Assembly (NCBI GenBank): GCA_050013255.1
Contig: JBEKFP010000002.1
Location: forward strand, 448,001 to 512,000
DNA from: Candidatus Bathyarchaeia archaeon
GTDB taxonomy: Archaea > Thermoproteota > Bathyarchaeia > 40CM-2-53-6
Direction: 5' to 3'
DNA length: 64,000 nucleotides
The translations under genes and the position numbers were made by a program. Below the pieces are notes generated by a model. That model did not search any database, was not told the origin of the DNA, and saw only the letters and a list, made by a program, of their open reading frames with translations. Of the stretch, positions 38,807 through 48,712 are shown piece by piece. Each line of letters opens with the position of its first letter. Within the stretch, counting starts at the first letter, position 1.

Positions 38807-39728
38807 TCTAGTAGGCATCGGTAATCCGGTATACGATGTTATCGTCACCCCTTGGTCGAGAACTGCCGGCCGTGTCCTATCTGGTTGTAGTACGAATGCT
38901 TGTTTGGCGGCGAAGAAGCTTGGAGTAAAAAAGGTCGGATTGTTGGGATGTATCGGTAAAGACTTCTCGCAACAATTCTCGCGTGATATGAGAGAATATG
39001 ATATCAAAGCAACCGTGGATGTCAGCGGGTTAACGACTGGGGGGTTTCATCTCATCTACGACAGGAACGGCAACAGAACCCTTGATGTTCTAGGAGTTGC
39101 TGGTAAAATCAAGCAAAACAATTTTCCCAAAGAGTTCTTGGATGGCACGTTCCTCCTAATTGGGCCAATTCTAGGTGAGGTTGACCTGGAATTGATCCGA
39201 TTTCTACGATCCACTTCGTCGTCGAAAATCTTCTTGGACCCCCAGGGGTTGGTGAGAAAGATTGGAGACGATGGGCGCATTATTCACTCGTGCGACCGGG
39301 AGGAAATAAGGAAGATAATAGAGATCGTGGATTTCGTTAAGCCGAATGAACAAGAGATTGAGACAATAACTGGCGAAAAAGACCCGCTAATTGGTCTTCA
39401 GCGATTACGGTCTATGGGGTCTGCTGTGCCGATTGTGACATTGGCAGAACGAGGGTCTCTGTTGCTTGATGGGAACAGGCTATTTCGAGTTCCACCTTTC
39501 GCAACAACACACGCTATCGATCCCACGGGGGCGGGAGACGTTTATGCTGGTTCTTTCATCACCGAATATACGCGTACGGGGGACCTCTCGGAGGCGGCCC
39601 TATTTGCGTCAGCGGCAGCTTCCCTGATGGTAGAGCAAGTTGGCCCCGACTTCCGCTTAGCTCCAAAAGACGTACAAGAAAGAAAGGAGGCTATCCGCAG
39701 CGGGCTGACCGTGGAAACCTTAGGTTAG
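38796..39728 (+). CDS. PfkB-family carbohydrate kinase
   Basis: GNPVYD, DPQG, KPNEQE, DPTGAGD. Confidence 0.9.
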   Translation: MPFDLVGIGNPVYDVIVTPWSRTAGRVLSGCSTNACLAAKKLGVKKVGLLGCIGKDFSQQFSRDMREYDIKATVDVSGLTTGGFHLIYDRNGNRTLDVLGVAGKIKQNNFPKEFLDGTFLLIGPILGEVDLELIRFLRSTSSSKIFLDPQGLVRKIGDDGRIIHSCDREEIRKIIEIVDFVKPNEQEIETITGEKDPLIGLQRLRSMGSAVPIVTLAERGSLLLDGNRLFRVPPFATTHAIDPTGAGDVYAGSFITEYTRTGDLSEAALFASAAASLMVEQVGPDFRLAPKDVQERKEAIRSGLTVETLG

Positions 39729-40187
39729 CAAAAATGCCTTACGGTTGTGGATTTTGAAGGATTTCATGTTATGCGTGAAATGGCATCGTTAGCGCCGAGT
39801 ATGCAGGATTGTGCTATCTACACCCAACGGAGGTTGTCTACAGCCTTTAAGGACCACCTTGAACGGGAATCTGAAAAGTACCAAAACCCAAACATCGGGT
39901 GCGGCCCGGAAAAAGGATGTCTAGCATATGTTATACATACCCGATGTCACCCCTGAACGCTCTCCTGTTACATTCCTTCTCCTGGCGCGATTGGTGTAGA
40001 GGCCCCGCCAGCAACACAAACTCGCCAAACTAAAGCAAGCCATTCTCAGCCGTACATGGCTTTTGCATATCCTTTGCAATATTGCTGTGTAGGCCTGAAT
40101 CCTAATTCAGCGTTTTTTGAGCCTAAAACGGTGTAAAGGAACATATCGGCACCTGAACCGTATTGCCTAACGCTGGGGGTTCAGGCA

Positions 40188-40400
40188 ATAACACTAACCG
40201 AGAAACTGCAACTGCGAAAGCCAGCGGCTCAGAAACTTGAGCAGCAACAACGAAGGTTCTTCTGCGAAAACTGTAAACAGGAAGTTTTTCTCCAGGCCAG
40301 ATACTGCGAGAAGTGCGGCGGGCAAATTGAGTGGCCCAAAGAGATCAGGAAAGTCATCTCGTCATGGAATGCGGCCGCTGAAAAGCAGAAGCAAAGGTAG
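40188..40400 (+). CDS. Zn-ribbon protein missed by the ORF track (no canonical start)
   Basis: ITLTEKLQLRKPAAQKLEQQQRRFFCENCKQEVFLQARYCEKCGGQIEWPKEIRKVISSW; GGGGGT upstream of ATA. Confidence 0.7.
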   Translation: MTLTEKLQLRKPAAQKLEQQQRRFFCENCKQEVFLQARYCEKCGGQIEWPKEIRKVISSWNAAAEKQKQR

Positions 40401-41982
40401 CTTCAAACCTTCACTTAACCCATCCTTAGTTTTCTTGAGCGGCAACGTTCTCACGATGGACGCTGCCCGTCCAAAAGCTGAAGCAATCGCGGTCACGGCA
40501 GATAGAATCGTAGCCGTGGGAAGCAACCTACAGATAAAATCGCTCGCAGGACCGGATACCAAGGTTCTCAGCTTAAACGGCGCAACGGTCCTACCCGGAT
40601 TTACAGACTCCCACATTCACCTAATCGAATACGGCCTTTCCCTAAGAAACATAGACCTTCGAAATGCGCAAAGCATCGAAGAAGTGAAGAAGATAGTTTC
40701 AGAACGAACCCATGGGCCAACTACATGGGTTCTAGGGCGCGGTTGGGATCAAGAGAAGTTTGCTGAAAAACGGTATCCTACTCGAAGAGACCTTGATGAG
40801 GCCTCGCCCGAAAAGCCAGTCCTTCTCAAGCGGATTTGCGGCCACATCTGCGTCGCAAACTCCGCGGCTCTCACATTAGGGGCCATCAGCGCCAAGACAC
40901 TCAACCCTCCCGGCGGAATTATTGACCATGATGCGGCAGGTGAGCCTACGGGTATACTTCGCGAGAACGCGGTTGACCTCGTAAGTCAGGCGGTTCCCCC
41001 ACTTGAACTGGAAGACTATGCGCAGGCTGCCCTCACCGCGTGCGAGCATGCGTTGAAGGCGGGATTGACAACGGTGCATTGCATTACTGGTTCAGAGTTG
41101 GAACTGAAAGCGCTACTCAACCTGAAAGCGGAGGGGCGGCTTCCACTTCGCTTTTACGTGCTCATTCCTCTCGAGCAGCTGAAGGCAGCAGTCGCACTAG
41201 GCATTCGTTCAGGGTTTGGGGATGAATGGGTCCGCATCGGGGCTGTGAAGATTTTCACGGACGGTTCGCTCGGGGCGCGAACAGCAGCGCTTGAAGACCC
41301 GTACGCCGACGACCCTGAAAATCAAGGCGTCACCATATACAGCCAGCAACAACTTGACGACATAGTATCAGAAGCCCATCGATCCGGCTTCCAAATTGCA
41401 GCACACGCGATCGGCGACAAGGCGACCGCGATGGCCCTTCATGCAATTACAAAAGCAGATGAATCGGCTCCGAGAAAGAACCTTCGGCATCGAATCGAGC
41501 ACGCATCAATCCTCAACACCGAACTCATCAGGCAGATGAAGGAGGCCGGGGTTGTAGCTTCAGTTCAACCTCACTTCATCGTCTCCGACGTCTGGCTTGA
41601 GCAGAGGCTGGGGGCACGACGAGCTTCCCTCGCTTACCCATTTCACAGTCTACTTCAAGCTGGGCTCATATTAGTCGGGGGCTCCGACTGTCCAGTCGAA
41701 CCATTAACGCCACTATCTGGTATCGAGGCAGCAGTCAACAGGGCGGGAAGTGAAGCGGTAACCGTCGAAGAAGCAATCTCATTCTACACTCGCAACGCCG
41801 CCTACGCGTCATTCGAAGAAAACATGAAAGGAACAATCGCACCCGGAAAACTCGCAGACCTCGTCATTCTCGATAAGGACCCACGAAAAGTGCCCGCATC
41901 GAGAATCTCTAGAATCCAAGTTCTCTTGACGATGGTTGGAGGCAAGAGCTTCTATCAAGCCAAGACTTTCGGTCGGACCTGA
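40369..41982 (+). CDS. YtcJ-like amidohydrolase (Amidohydro_3)
   Basis: PGFTDSHIH, GRGWDQ, DGSLGARTAAL, HAIGD, RIEH, GSDCP; start uncertain. Confidence 0.92.
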   Translation: MRPLKSRSKGSFKPSLNPSLVFLSGNVLTMDAARPKAEAIAVTADRIVAVGSNLQIKSLAGPDTKVLSLNGATVLPGFTDSHIHLIEYGLSLRNIDLRNAQSIEEVKKIVSERTHGPTTWVLGRGWDQEKFAEKRYPTRRDLDEASPEKPVLLKRICGHICVANSAALTLGAISAKTLNPPGGIIDHDAAGEPTGILRENAVDLVSQAVPPLELEDYAQAALTACEHALKAGLTTVHCITGSELELKALLNLKAEGRLPLRFYVLIPLEQLKAAVALGIRSGFGDEWVRIGAVKIFTDGSLGARTAALEDPYADDPENQGVTIYSQQQLDDIVSEAHRSGFQIAAHAIGDKATAMALHAITKADESAPRKNLRHRIEHASILNTELIRQMKEAGVVASVQPHFIVSDVWLEQRLGARRASLAYPFHSLLQAGLILVGGSDCPVEPLTPLSGIEAAVNRAGSEAVTVEEAISFYTRNAAYASFEENMKGTIAPGKLADLVILDKDPRKVPASRISRIQVLLTMVGGKSFYQAKTFGRT

Positions 41983-42144
41983 ACCTGCAAGGTACCTGCC
42001 TGTTCCGACAAGCCAGCTTAGGACTAGCAAATTCCATTCTAAATTTCTACTTTGTCGAAAGCCCATGCCGAGAGTGGAATAGTTCCACATGAAATTAAGA
42101 GACCCCGTATGACCCAAGTTGGTCAGGAGGGAACGATACTCTTG

Positions 42145-42825
42145 ATGGCACGTCATAGCGGAATCTTCCTGTTGGCCTTCCTGTTGGCCTTCCTGTTGGC
42201 CGCAAGCGTTGCTTTTGCGGGGCAAACCGCTTTGGTGTTTGCCCAATCGTGCAATGCTTCCCTAGGTTCGTCCAGCCTCACGTCGACTCAGTCCTATTAC
42301 AATTCGCATATTGGTATTAATACACCCGTGTCAGCGTACTGCTCTTCCTACGGCGGCCAATTATACGCGGTAGGGGACGTATTCGACACGTCAGCGAATG
42401 CTGACTTGGGTTCGGTGAGCACAATGTTGACCCCTACCTACGGAGGCAATACCTACACGGGACAACTTTTGTTCAGCTTGCCGCCCTCGATCATCGGCCA
42501 TCAACTACGAATCATGGTGTCAGTCTACGGCGGACAATATGGCTACAGCACCGGAAATGGGCAACTACTAGCGACGGCAGGTCAAATGGTGAAAGTGAAC
42601 GTTAGCTACCAAAATGGCTACCCGAACGGTAACGGGAATTGTTACATGAATTACAACTGTTACGGTAACTATCAGAACGGTAACTGCTACCAGAACTACA
42701 ACTGTTATCAATACTACTGCAACCAAGCATCATACTGCTACCCGAATAACTACCCCACTTGCTACTACCAAAATGGCAACTACTACCAAACCAACTGCAA
42801 CGACCATCATCGCCACCATAAATAA
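42145..42825 (+). CDS. Secreted protein with Tyr/Asn/Cys/Gln-rich repeat tail
   Basis: Signal peptide (FLLA)x3, beta domain, GNCYxNYNCY repeats, HHRHHK terminus. Confidence 0.75.
   Translation: MARHSGIFLLAFLLAFLLAASVAFAGQTALVFAQSCNASLGSSSLTSTQSYYNSHIGINTPVSAYCSSYGGQLYAVGDVFDTSANADLGSVSTMLTPTYGGNTYTGQLLFSLPPSIIGHQLRIMVSVYGGQYGYSTGNGQLLATAGQMVKVNVSYQNGYPNGNGNCYMNYNCYGNYQNGNCYQNYNCYQYYCNQASYCYPNNYPTCYYQNGNYYQTNCNDHHRHHK
42166..42201 (+). repeat. 12-bp tandem repeat x3
   Basis: (TTCCTGTTGGCC)3, encoding FLLA repeats. Confidence 0.95.
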
Positions 42826-42967
42826 AGAACTGCGAACCGTTTCGTAGAATGTCGCGAAATAGCGACTAAACGACAACGTGAGACAACACTACATAGGCAC
42901 TTTTCATGATGACGCGATATACTCTCTATTGAGCGATGAATGGAAAGACGCGCCATGATTGTCCATG

Positions 42968-43333
42968 TTATCGTCGATTCTGACGGTCCCGGTTGAAATT
43001 GGGAATGTGGCGTGGGATTTCGAGGGAGAGTTCCACGAGACCTCGGTACCTTCCTGCTTTGTACCATGGGGCTTGGTAGATTAGCTTTCGTCTGCCTCGC
43101 TTCTCGACGGTGTACACGTTAGTCAGTCTTTTTTGCAGAAGTTTTCGGAATTTCGTTCTAGCCGGCTCTGGGTGGCAGTCGAACACTTTCTTGCCAATCA
43201 ATCTCTCGCCACCTTCCTCCTTGAAGTTTGCCGCAGATTTGACGTTCATTTCTAAGAGAACTCCCCTTGTATCGCAAACCGTGATGGCTGCAGGGAATTC
43301 CTTGACCCACAGATGCTTTGCTGTTCTAACCAA
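42968..43333 (-). CDS. Stand-alone PAS-domain protein
   Basis: AITVCD..G..MN, LIGK.VFDCHPEP. Confidence 0.85.
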   Translation of the reverse strand: MVRTAKHLWVKEFPAAITVCDTRGVLLEMNVKSAANFKEEGGERLIGKKVFDCHPEPARTKFRKLLQKRLTNVYTVEKRGRRKLIYQAPWYKAGRYRGLVELSLEIPRHIPNFNRDRQNRR

Positions 43334-43561
43334 CCTTTACATCACCGATGGTTCTCGCACGAACTTTGTTGGGAGGCCTAGAAAGCTTCCTCCCAATATT
43401 CGAAAACGAGAAATCATTCATGTTGGGCCTGCAGACTTGTTCTTGACTCTGACATAGGCGGCGTGTTTTTACCCAATTGGCAAACTTACGACCCACACAA
43501 CTTTGCTAAGAAATATAATGAGGCAGTGGCGGCAGACGGCCCCAGTGACGGCGTTTAGGCT

Positions 43562-43849
43562 ATGGCGTCGAATATGGTGGCGAGGAAGGACTCGTATTTT
43601 GTCTATGTTCTTCTCTGTAATGATGGCAGCTATTACACGGGGTATTCAAATAATCCTACAAGCAGGCTCGTCACGCATATGAAAGGGCAGGGTGCCCGGT
43701 ACACGAGAATGCACAAACCAAGAGGCATCGTCTACCTCCAAGAACTTCACACACGTAGTGCAGCAATGAAACGAGAACGACAGATCAAAGCGTTAACTCA
43801 CGCCGAGAAATCTCACCTCGTAGAAGAAAGACATTCGAACCGAACCTAG
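43562..43849 (+). CDS. GIY-YIG nuclease (UPF0213-like)
   Basis: VYVLLCNDGSYYTG..RL..H..GARYTR..AMKRE..IK. Confidence 0.92.
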   Translation: MASNMVARKDSYFVYVLLCNDGSYYTGYSNNPTSRLVTHMKGQGARYTRMHKPRGIVYLQELHTRSAAMKRERQIKALTHAEKSHLVEERHSNRT

Positions 43850-43933
43850 AGGTCACAGGCCGGCGAGCTTTCAGCAGCGTTTCTACATAGGAAATGTTCA
43901 TCAGCAATCCATGGTTCTCAGTCGTGAGGAAAA

Positions 43934-44914
43934 ATGAGTTCTGAACGGATTCCAACTCTGAGGGATGTTTATGCCGCGAGGAAAGTGATCAGTACCTATT
44001 TGAAACCAACGCCGCTGTTCTATTCGCGGCATCTTTCGAAACTTCTAGGCTGTCAATTGTACTTGAAACTCGAAAATCTCCAGCCAACGCGAGCATTCAA
44101 AGTCCGTGGCGGAATAAATTACATGGAGAGGATGAAGCAACAAGCCGCGGGCAAGGTGGTCATCACAGCTTCAACGGGTAATCATGCTCAATCCATAGCT
44201 TACGCAGGCTCCCTCTTCGGCATCGAAGTCAAGATCGTCATGCCCGCTGGAGTTCCCGAGATGAAAGCCCAGGCTATCAAAGAACTAGGCGCCGAAGTAA
44301 TCACGTACGGCAATTATTACGATGAGGCCAGAGAGTACGCGGAGAAGCTGGCAACTCAGAAGGGGTACGTCTATGTTCACGGGAGCAACGAACCGTTGCT
44401 TCATGAAGGCGTCGCCACAATGCACCTCGAAATCTTCGAGGAACAGCCTGGGGTTGACGTAGTCATCAATCCCATCGGCGGCGGGTCCGGAGCGTGTGGC
44501 GCATGCATAGTCTACAAGACACTCGACCCGCGAATCACAGTAATCGGCGTACAAGCGGAAGGAGCACCGGCATTCTACAACTCATGGAAAGGCGGCGTTA
44601 TCCAGCAGATGGACCGAGTGAATACGGCTGCTGAAGGAATGGCAACAGCAAAGGCATACGAGCTCCCGTTCAAGATCCTTAGGAAAGCGCTCGATGACGT
44701 CATCCTAGTATCTGACGACGAAATGAAAAGAGCCGTGCGAAGCATTTTCTCCGCTACAGGCCAAGTCGCTGAACTCTCCGGCGCAGCCTCAACCGCCGCA
44801 GCTTTCAAAATAAGAAACCGACTGGCAGGAAAGAAGGTAGCTTTGCTTCTTAGCGGGGGAAACATAGAACCCAACCAACTTGCAAAAATACTCACCAACG
44901 GCACAGTCCGCTAG
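43934..44914 (+). CDS. PLP-dependent threonine/serine dehydratase
   Basis: KLENLQPTRAFKVRG, STGNHAQ, PIGGGSG, SGGN. Confidence 0.92.
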   Translation: MSSERIPTLRDVYAARKVISTYLKPTPLFYSRHLSKLLGCQLYLKLENLQPTRAFKVRGGINYMERMKQQAAGKVVITASTGNHAQSIAYAGSLFGIEVKIVMPAGVPEMKAQAIKELGAEVITYGNYYDEAREYAEKLATQKGYVYVHGSNEPLLHEGVATMHLEIFEEQPGVDVVINPIGGGSGACGACIVYKTLDPRITVIGVQAEGAPAFYNSWKGGVIQQMDRVNTAAEGMATAKAYELPFKILRKALDDVILVSDDEMKRAVRSIFSATGQVAELSGAASTAAAFKIRNRLAGKKVALLLSGGNIEPNQLAKILTNGTVR

Positions 44915-45066
44915 GTCAGTGTTCAATCAGAAGAGCAACCTAAACGGTAAAGCTTCAGGCAAAACCCAAGGCCCGTTAGGACTTGACAAAGCTTTATTCA
45001 ACTCGCGGTCGTTTACCGACACCCAAAGCTCAAGCTTCACCTTGACTGGCATGGGAGATAGTTCGT

Positions 45067-46284
45067 TTGGAAGCACATGTGGTCGAAACGCCCGCTGGCC
45101 TTTTCATATTAGATGAAAAGGCAACCGTACTCGAGAAAGTCTACTTCTCACCTAAACCGGAAACTGCAGCCGTCGAACTCAAGGAGTTACAGGAGGGTAA
45201 GCCCTCAAAGGAAGTTGTTGAGGCCCTCAAGCGGGCCGCCAAGAAGCACAGCCCCTTGGTATTCGAGAATGAACAGCTCGCCAGAGCCGCCGCGAAAGGA
45301 GAAAAACTGAAGACAGTCGTCAGGAGCTCCCCGGTTGCTGAGCAATTTCGAACTCAACTAGGCTCAGAGTGGGAAGGGCGTGAGGATTGGTTGAAGAAAC
45401 AATCCCTCGAATCGCCTATCCTCATAACCCCCAAAGCCTACAACGATTTCACTCGACAGGTGACTTTGCAGCTTGCACGGGCTGGAATTGCGGTTGCGGC
45501 AGCTAGGCGTGACCTGAGCGCGGTACAAGCCGTCCGCGCAATGGACGACGTGGATAAGGTCTTGAACCTGCTCGCAGGGCGCGTACGCGAATGGTTTGGG
45601 CTCCACTTCCCAGAAATGGACAGGATGGTAGAGAAACATGACGCTTACGCACGGCTAGTTGCAAAACTTGGAAATCGCAGGAATTTCACCTACGAAAGGC
45701 TAGTGGCCGAGGGCCTACCGAAGGAGAGAGCAGAGGAGCTCACCGACGCCGCAAGGAGATCCATGGGCGCCGAAATCAGCGAGCCTGACCTAGTAGTGCT
45801 TCAGTCCTTCTGCGAACTCATGCTAGACCTCTACAAATTCAGAGCCAAAAGCGAAGCGTACGTTGAGGAGGTTCTCAAACAAGTAGCCCCCAACATGACC
45901 GCCATTGTAGGAGCCCCCCTTACCGCCAGGCTGATCTCGATCGCAGGAAGCCTCGACAACCTCTCGAAAATGCCGTCGAGCACCCTACAAGTTCTCGGTG
46001 CAGAAAAAGCCCTCTTCCGCTCATTGAAGACCGGCGCCAGGCCGCCCAAACACGGCGTGATCTTCCAGCACACCGCCATCCATCAAGGCCCCCGATGGCA
46101 ACGAGGAAAAATCGCTAGAGCTCTATCCGGGAAACTTAGCATTGCCGCCAGGATTGACGCCTTCGGCGGCGACTTCCTCGGGCAAAAGTTGAGGGAAGAC
46201 GTCGACAGAAAAATCGGCGAGATAAAGGAACGCTACAAGATGCCGCCTCCACTGAAGAAGAGAGACGTTGGCCGGAAACGTTAG
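45067..46284 (+). CDS. nop5: C/D-box sRNP protein Nop5 (Nop56/58)
   Basis: REWFGLHFPE, GAEKALFR..PPKHG, RGKIAR. Confidence 0.96.
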   Translation: MEAHVVETPAGLFILDEKATVLEKVYFSPKPETAAVELKELQEGKPSKEVVEALKRAAKKHSPLVFENEQLARAAAKGEKLKTVVRSSPVAEQFRTQLGSEWEGREDWLKKQSLESPILITPKAYNDFTRQVTLQLARAGIAVAAARRDLSAVQAVRAMDDVDKVLNLLAGRVREWFGLHFPEMDRMVEKHDAYARLVAKLGNRRNFTYERLVAEGLPKERAEELTDAARRSMGAEISEPDLVVLQSFCELMLDLYKFRAKSEAYVEEVLKQVAPNMTAIVGAPLTARLISIAGSLDNLSKMPSSTLQVLGAEKALFRSLKTGARPPKHGVIFQHTAIHQGPRWQRGKIARALSGKLSIAARIDAFGGDFLGQKLREDVDRKIGEIKERYKMPPPLKKRDVGRKR

Positions 46285-46963
46285 GCCGCACGACCCTTTC
46301 GAGGGCGTCTACTGGGTAACCCTCGAAGAAGGCAGCAAGCGCCTCGCAACGAAAAACCTAGCACCGGGCATCAGCGTCTATGGTGAACAATTAATCGAAA
46401 GCAGCGGCACTGAATTCAGAACATGGGATGCTTACAGGAGCAAGCTGGCCGCCGCGATTCTTCGCAACATCAGCTCACTTCCCATCAAGCCAGGCAAGGC
46501 GGTGCTCTACTTAGGGTCCGCATCGGGCACCACAGCAAGCCACGTCAGCGACATTGTCGAGGAACGGGGGAGGGTGTACTGCGTAGAATTCGCGCAAAGA
46601 AGTATGCGGGAGCTAATCGACACGCTGTGTCAGCATCGCTCCAACGTCTACCCCATCATGGCAGACGCACGTATACCGGAAAAATACAAGGCCTTGGTGG
46701 ACCGAGTGGACGTAATCTATTCAGACGTCGCTCAACCAGAACAAGCGAAAATATTGGCGGACAACGCTGACCTCTTCCTCAAACCAAAGGGTTCAGTTTT
46801 GATTGCGATAAAGTCGAGAAGCGTCGACGTCACCATGGAGCCTACCGATGTTTTCAAACAGGAGACTGGGATACTTCGGGCAAGGCATTTCGACATTCTT
46901 CAGACCGTACGTTTGGAACCCTACGAGAAAGACCATGCTTTGGTCTTGGCCAGTCGGGCATGA
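46268..46963 (+). CDS. flpA: Fibrillarin-like 2'-O-methyltransferase
   Basis: VYGE, RSKLAAAI, LYLGSASGTT.SH, DVAQPEQ, LEPYEKDH. Confidence 0.97.
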   Translation: MAGNVRPHDPFEGVYWVTLEEGSKRLATKNLAPGISVYGEQLIESSGTEFRTWDAYRSKLAAAILRNISSLPIKPGKAVLYLGSASGTTASHVSDIVEERGRVYCVEFAQRSMRELIDTLCQHRSNVYPIMADARIPEKYKALVDRVDVIYSDVAQPEQAKILADNADLFLKPKGSVLIAIKSRSVDVTMEPTDVFKQETGILRARHFDILQTVRLEPYEKDHALVLASRA

Positions 46964-47454
46964 GCTTATTGTTTGATTCAAGGAGACCATTGGATCGGGC
47001 CTTGGACGCTGTTCTCGGCCATGAACTTCGAAAACTAAACACGCACCTCCCAAAGCAAAGGCGCAGCCTAACCGAACTCCTAAAACTCAAAGACCCGACC
47101 GTCGAGGCTACCGACGGTTCGGCTATCATGCTCAAGAGGTCCGAGTTGGAGGAGCTAGCGAGGATTGTTCCAACTGAATATCAGGACCGCCTGAAGCTTC
47201 CAATCATAATCATGAGGAGAATGGATTTGGGCAGGTCGATTTACACGGTTTCAGGTGAACGCGTTGAAGAATTCACGGTTAAGAAGATTTTAGGCCTCAC
47301 TAAAGATGAGTACTACCAAACATACAAGGACCGAGAGCCCGCTTATCTATACAGGCCACAAGTCACCGAACTGCTTCGAAAATTCCACACCATCTTCGTA
47401 ATCGCTTTCGGAATACCAAAGGAACTATCCGACTATGGCCCAAGCCTCCCCTGA
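46960..47454 (+). CDS. DUF61-family protein
   Basis: LNTHLPKQRRSL.ELL....P....DG, LKLPI. Confidence 0.8.
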   Translation: MSLLFDSRRPLDRALDAVLGHELRKLNTHLPKQRRSLTELLKLKDPTVEATDGSAIMLKRSELEELARIVPTEYQDRLKLPIIIMRRMDLGRSIYTVSGERVEEFTVKKILGLTKDEYYQTYKDREPAYLYRPQVTELLRKFHTIFVIAFGIPKELSDYGPSLP

Positions 47455-48107
47455 CCGACCTCAAGCTCGATTTCCTTAATCGTCTTCCAAGAGAGCCTAA
47501 CAATTGGAGGAAACGTGTCGTGAGTCCGCCTCCATTCTCTAAGGAAGTCCATGGTTCTTGGATCGGTCATGTACCCGGATCCGAAATTCCCGTATTCTCT
47601 TCGCAAGAATTCGACGGCCTCGTCACGCCTTACCTTGGCAATTATGCTGGCTGCTGAGACTATGGGATACGTTCGGTCTGCATGGTGCTCAGAGACTATT
47701 TTGATCCCGCGCAACTCTGCGGGCAGAAATTCTCGAATAGTTTCCCCATACCGTTCCTCGTTAACGTCTGAAGCGTCAACGTAGGCCTCCTTTGGGGCGA
47801 GTTCGCTGATCACTTGAGCCATCAACTGCGCTTCCAAGTAGTTCAGTTTCCTCAACTTCCCACCATGCAGCACGACCTCGTCTATCTCCTTCGGCTGGAC
47901 CTCCACCACGCTAACTTTCGCGGCAAGCATTCTCAGCTTTGGGGCCAGCATTGTACGCATGTCAGGGGAAAGCAACTTTGAATCCTTGACGCCCATCGCT
48001 ATCAGTTCGCGGTCATGGTTTTCCCCAAGCAGTACGCCCGCGATCACTAGCGGTCCGATGATTGGGCCGCGCCCAGCATCATCCACACCTGCGATGAGCT
48101 TTGTCAT
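47433..48107 (-). CDS. rnhB: Ribonuclease HII
   Basis: GVDDAGRGP, DSK, VSAASIIAKV.RD, GSGY.TDP. Confidence 0.96.
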   Translation of the reverse strand: MTKLIAGVDDAGRGPIIGPLVIAGVLLGENHDRELIAMGVKDSKLLSPDMRTMLAPKLRMLAAKVSVVEVQPKEIDEVVLHGGKLRKLNYLEAQLMAQVISELAPKEAYVDASDVNEERYGETIREFLPAELRGIKIVSEHHADRTYPIVSAASIIAKVRRDEAVEFLRREYGNFGSGYMTDPRTMDFLREWRRTHDTFPPIVRLSWKTIKEIELEVGQGRLGP

Positions 48108-48171
48108 ACATTCAACCTACACTTCAGTGGGGCTTTACAAGTTAAAAGCTACAACCCTCTCTGCTAGCACT

Positions 48172-48711
48172 ATGCCTCCCTCCCGCATCTTCCTAACCGG
48201 CGAACCTGGGTGCGGAAAAACCACTGCCATCAACGAGATCCATCAAATGCTCGCAGCTCAGGGATGGAAAGTGGGAGGAGTTGTCTCTGGCGAACTTCGC
48301 GAGAGGGGTGTCCGGGTGGGGTTCAGCCTCGAAGACCTTTCAACCCACGAAACCGGCACTCTTGCCCACATCGCCCAGAGGGACGGCCCAACCGTAGGCA
48401 AGTACCACGTGAACTTGGCGGACATTCAACGCATAGCCGTAACAGGAATCAAGCATGCCATCCTGGAGGCTGACGTGATAATGGTTGACGAGCTCGGCCC
48501 GATGGAATTGAATTCCATGCCTTTCATACTTGCCGTTGAAATGGCGTTGGCGACCCCCAAACACCTCGTTGGGACCATCCACAAACGCGCCTCACATTAC
48601 CTAGTTGCAGCGATCAAATCAAATCCCGCATACCAAATCCTCGAAGTAACACCGAACAATCGCAACGAATTGCCGAAAACCGTCACGGAAAGAATCGAGA
48701 GTCAGATGTAG
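48172..48711 (+). CDS. THEP1-family NTPase
   Basis: GEPGCGKTT, RVGF, VGKY.V, DELGPMEL. Confidence 0.92.
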   Translation: MPPSRIFLTGEPGCGKTTAINEIHQMLAAQGWKVGGVVSGELRERGVRVGFSLEDLSTHETGTLAHIAQRDGPTVGKYHVNLADIQRIAVTGIKHAILEADVIMVDELGPMELNSMPFILAVEMALATPKHLVGTIHKRASHYLVAAIKSNPAYQILEVTPNNRNELPKTVTERIESQM

Positions 48712-48712
48712 A

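Noticed and set aside
39747-39956. 69-aa ORF in the 39.7-40.1 kb gap; also the 6.3-6.9 kb gap
   Set aside because: No RBS, motif or recognisable structure.
42906-42958. C/D-box sRNA candidate (ATGATGA..TTGA..GATGA..ATGA); similar weak cases near 38040 and 60257
   Set aside because: Boxes are non-canonical and I could not identify rRNA or tRNA targets.
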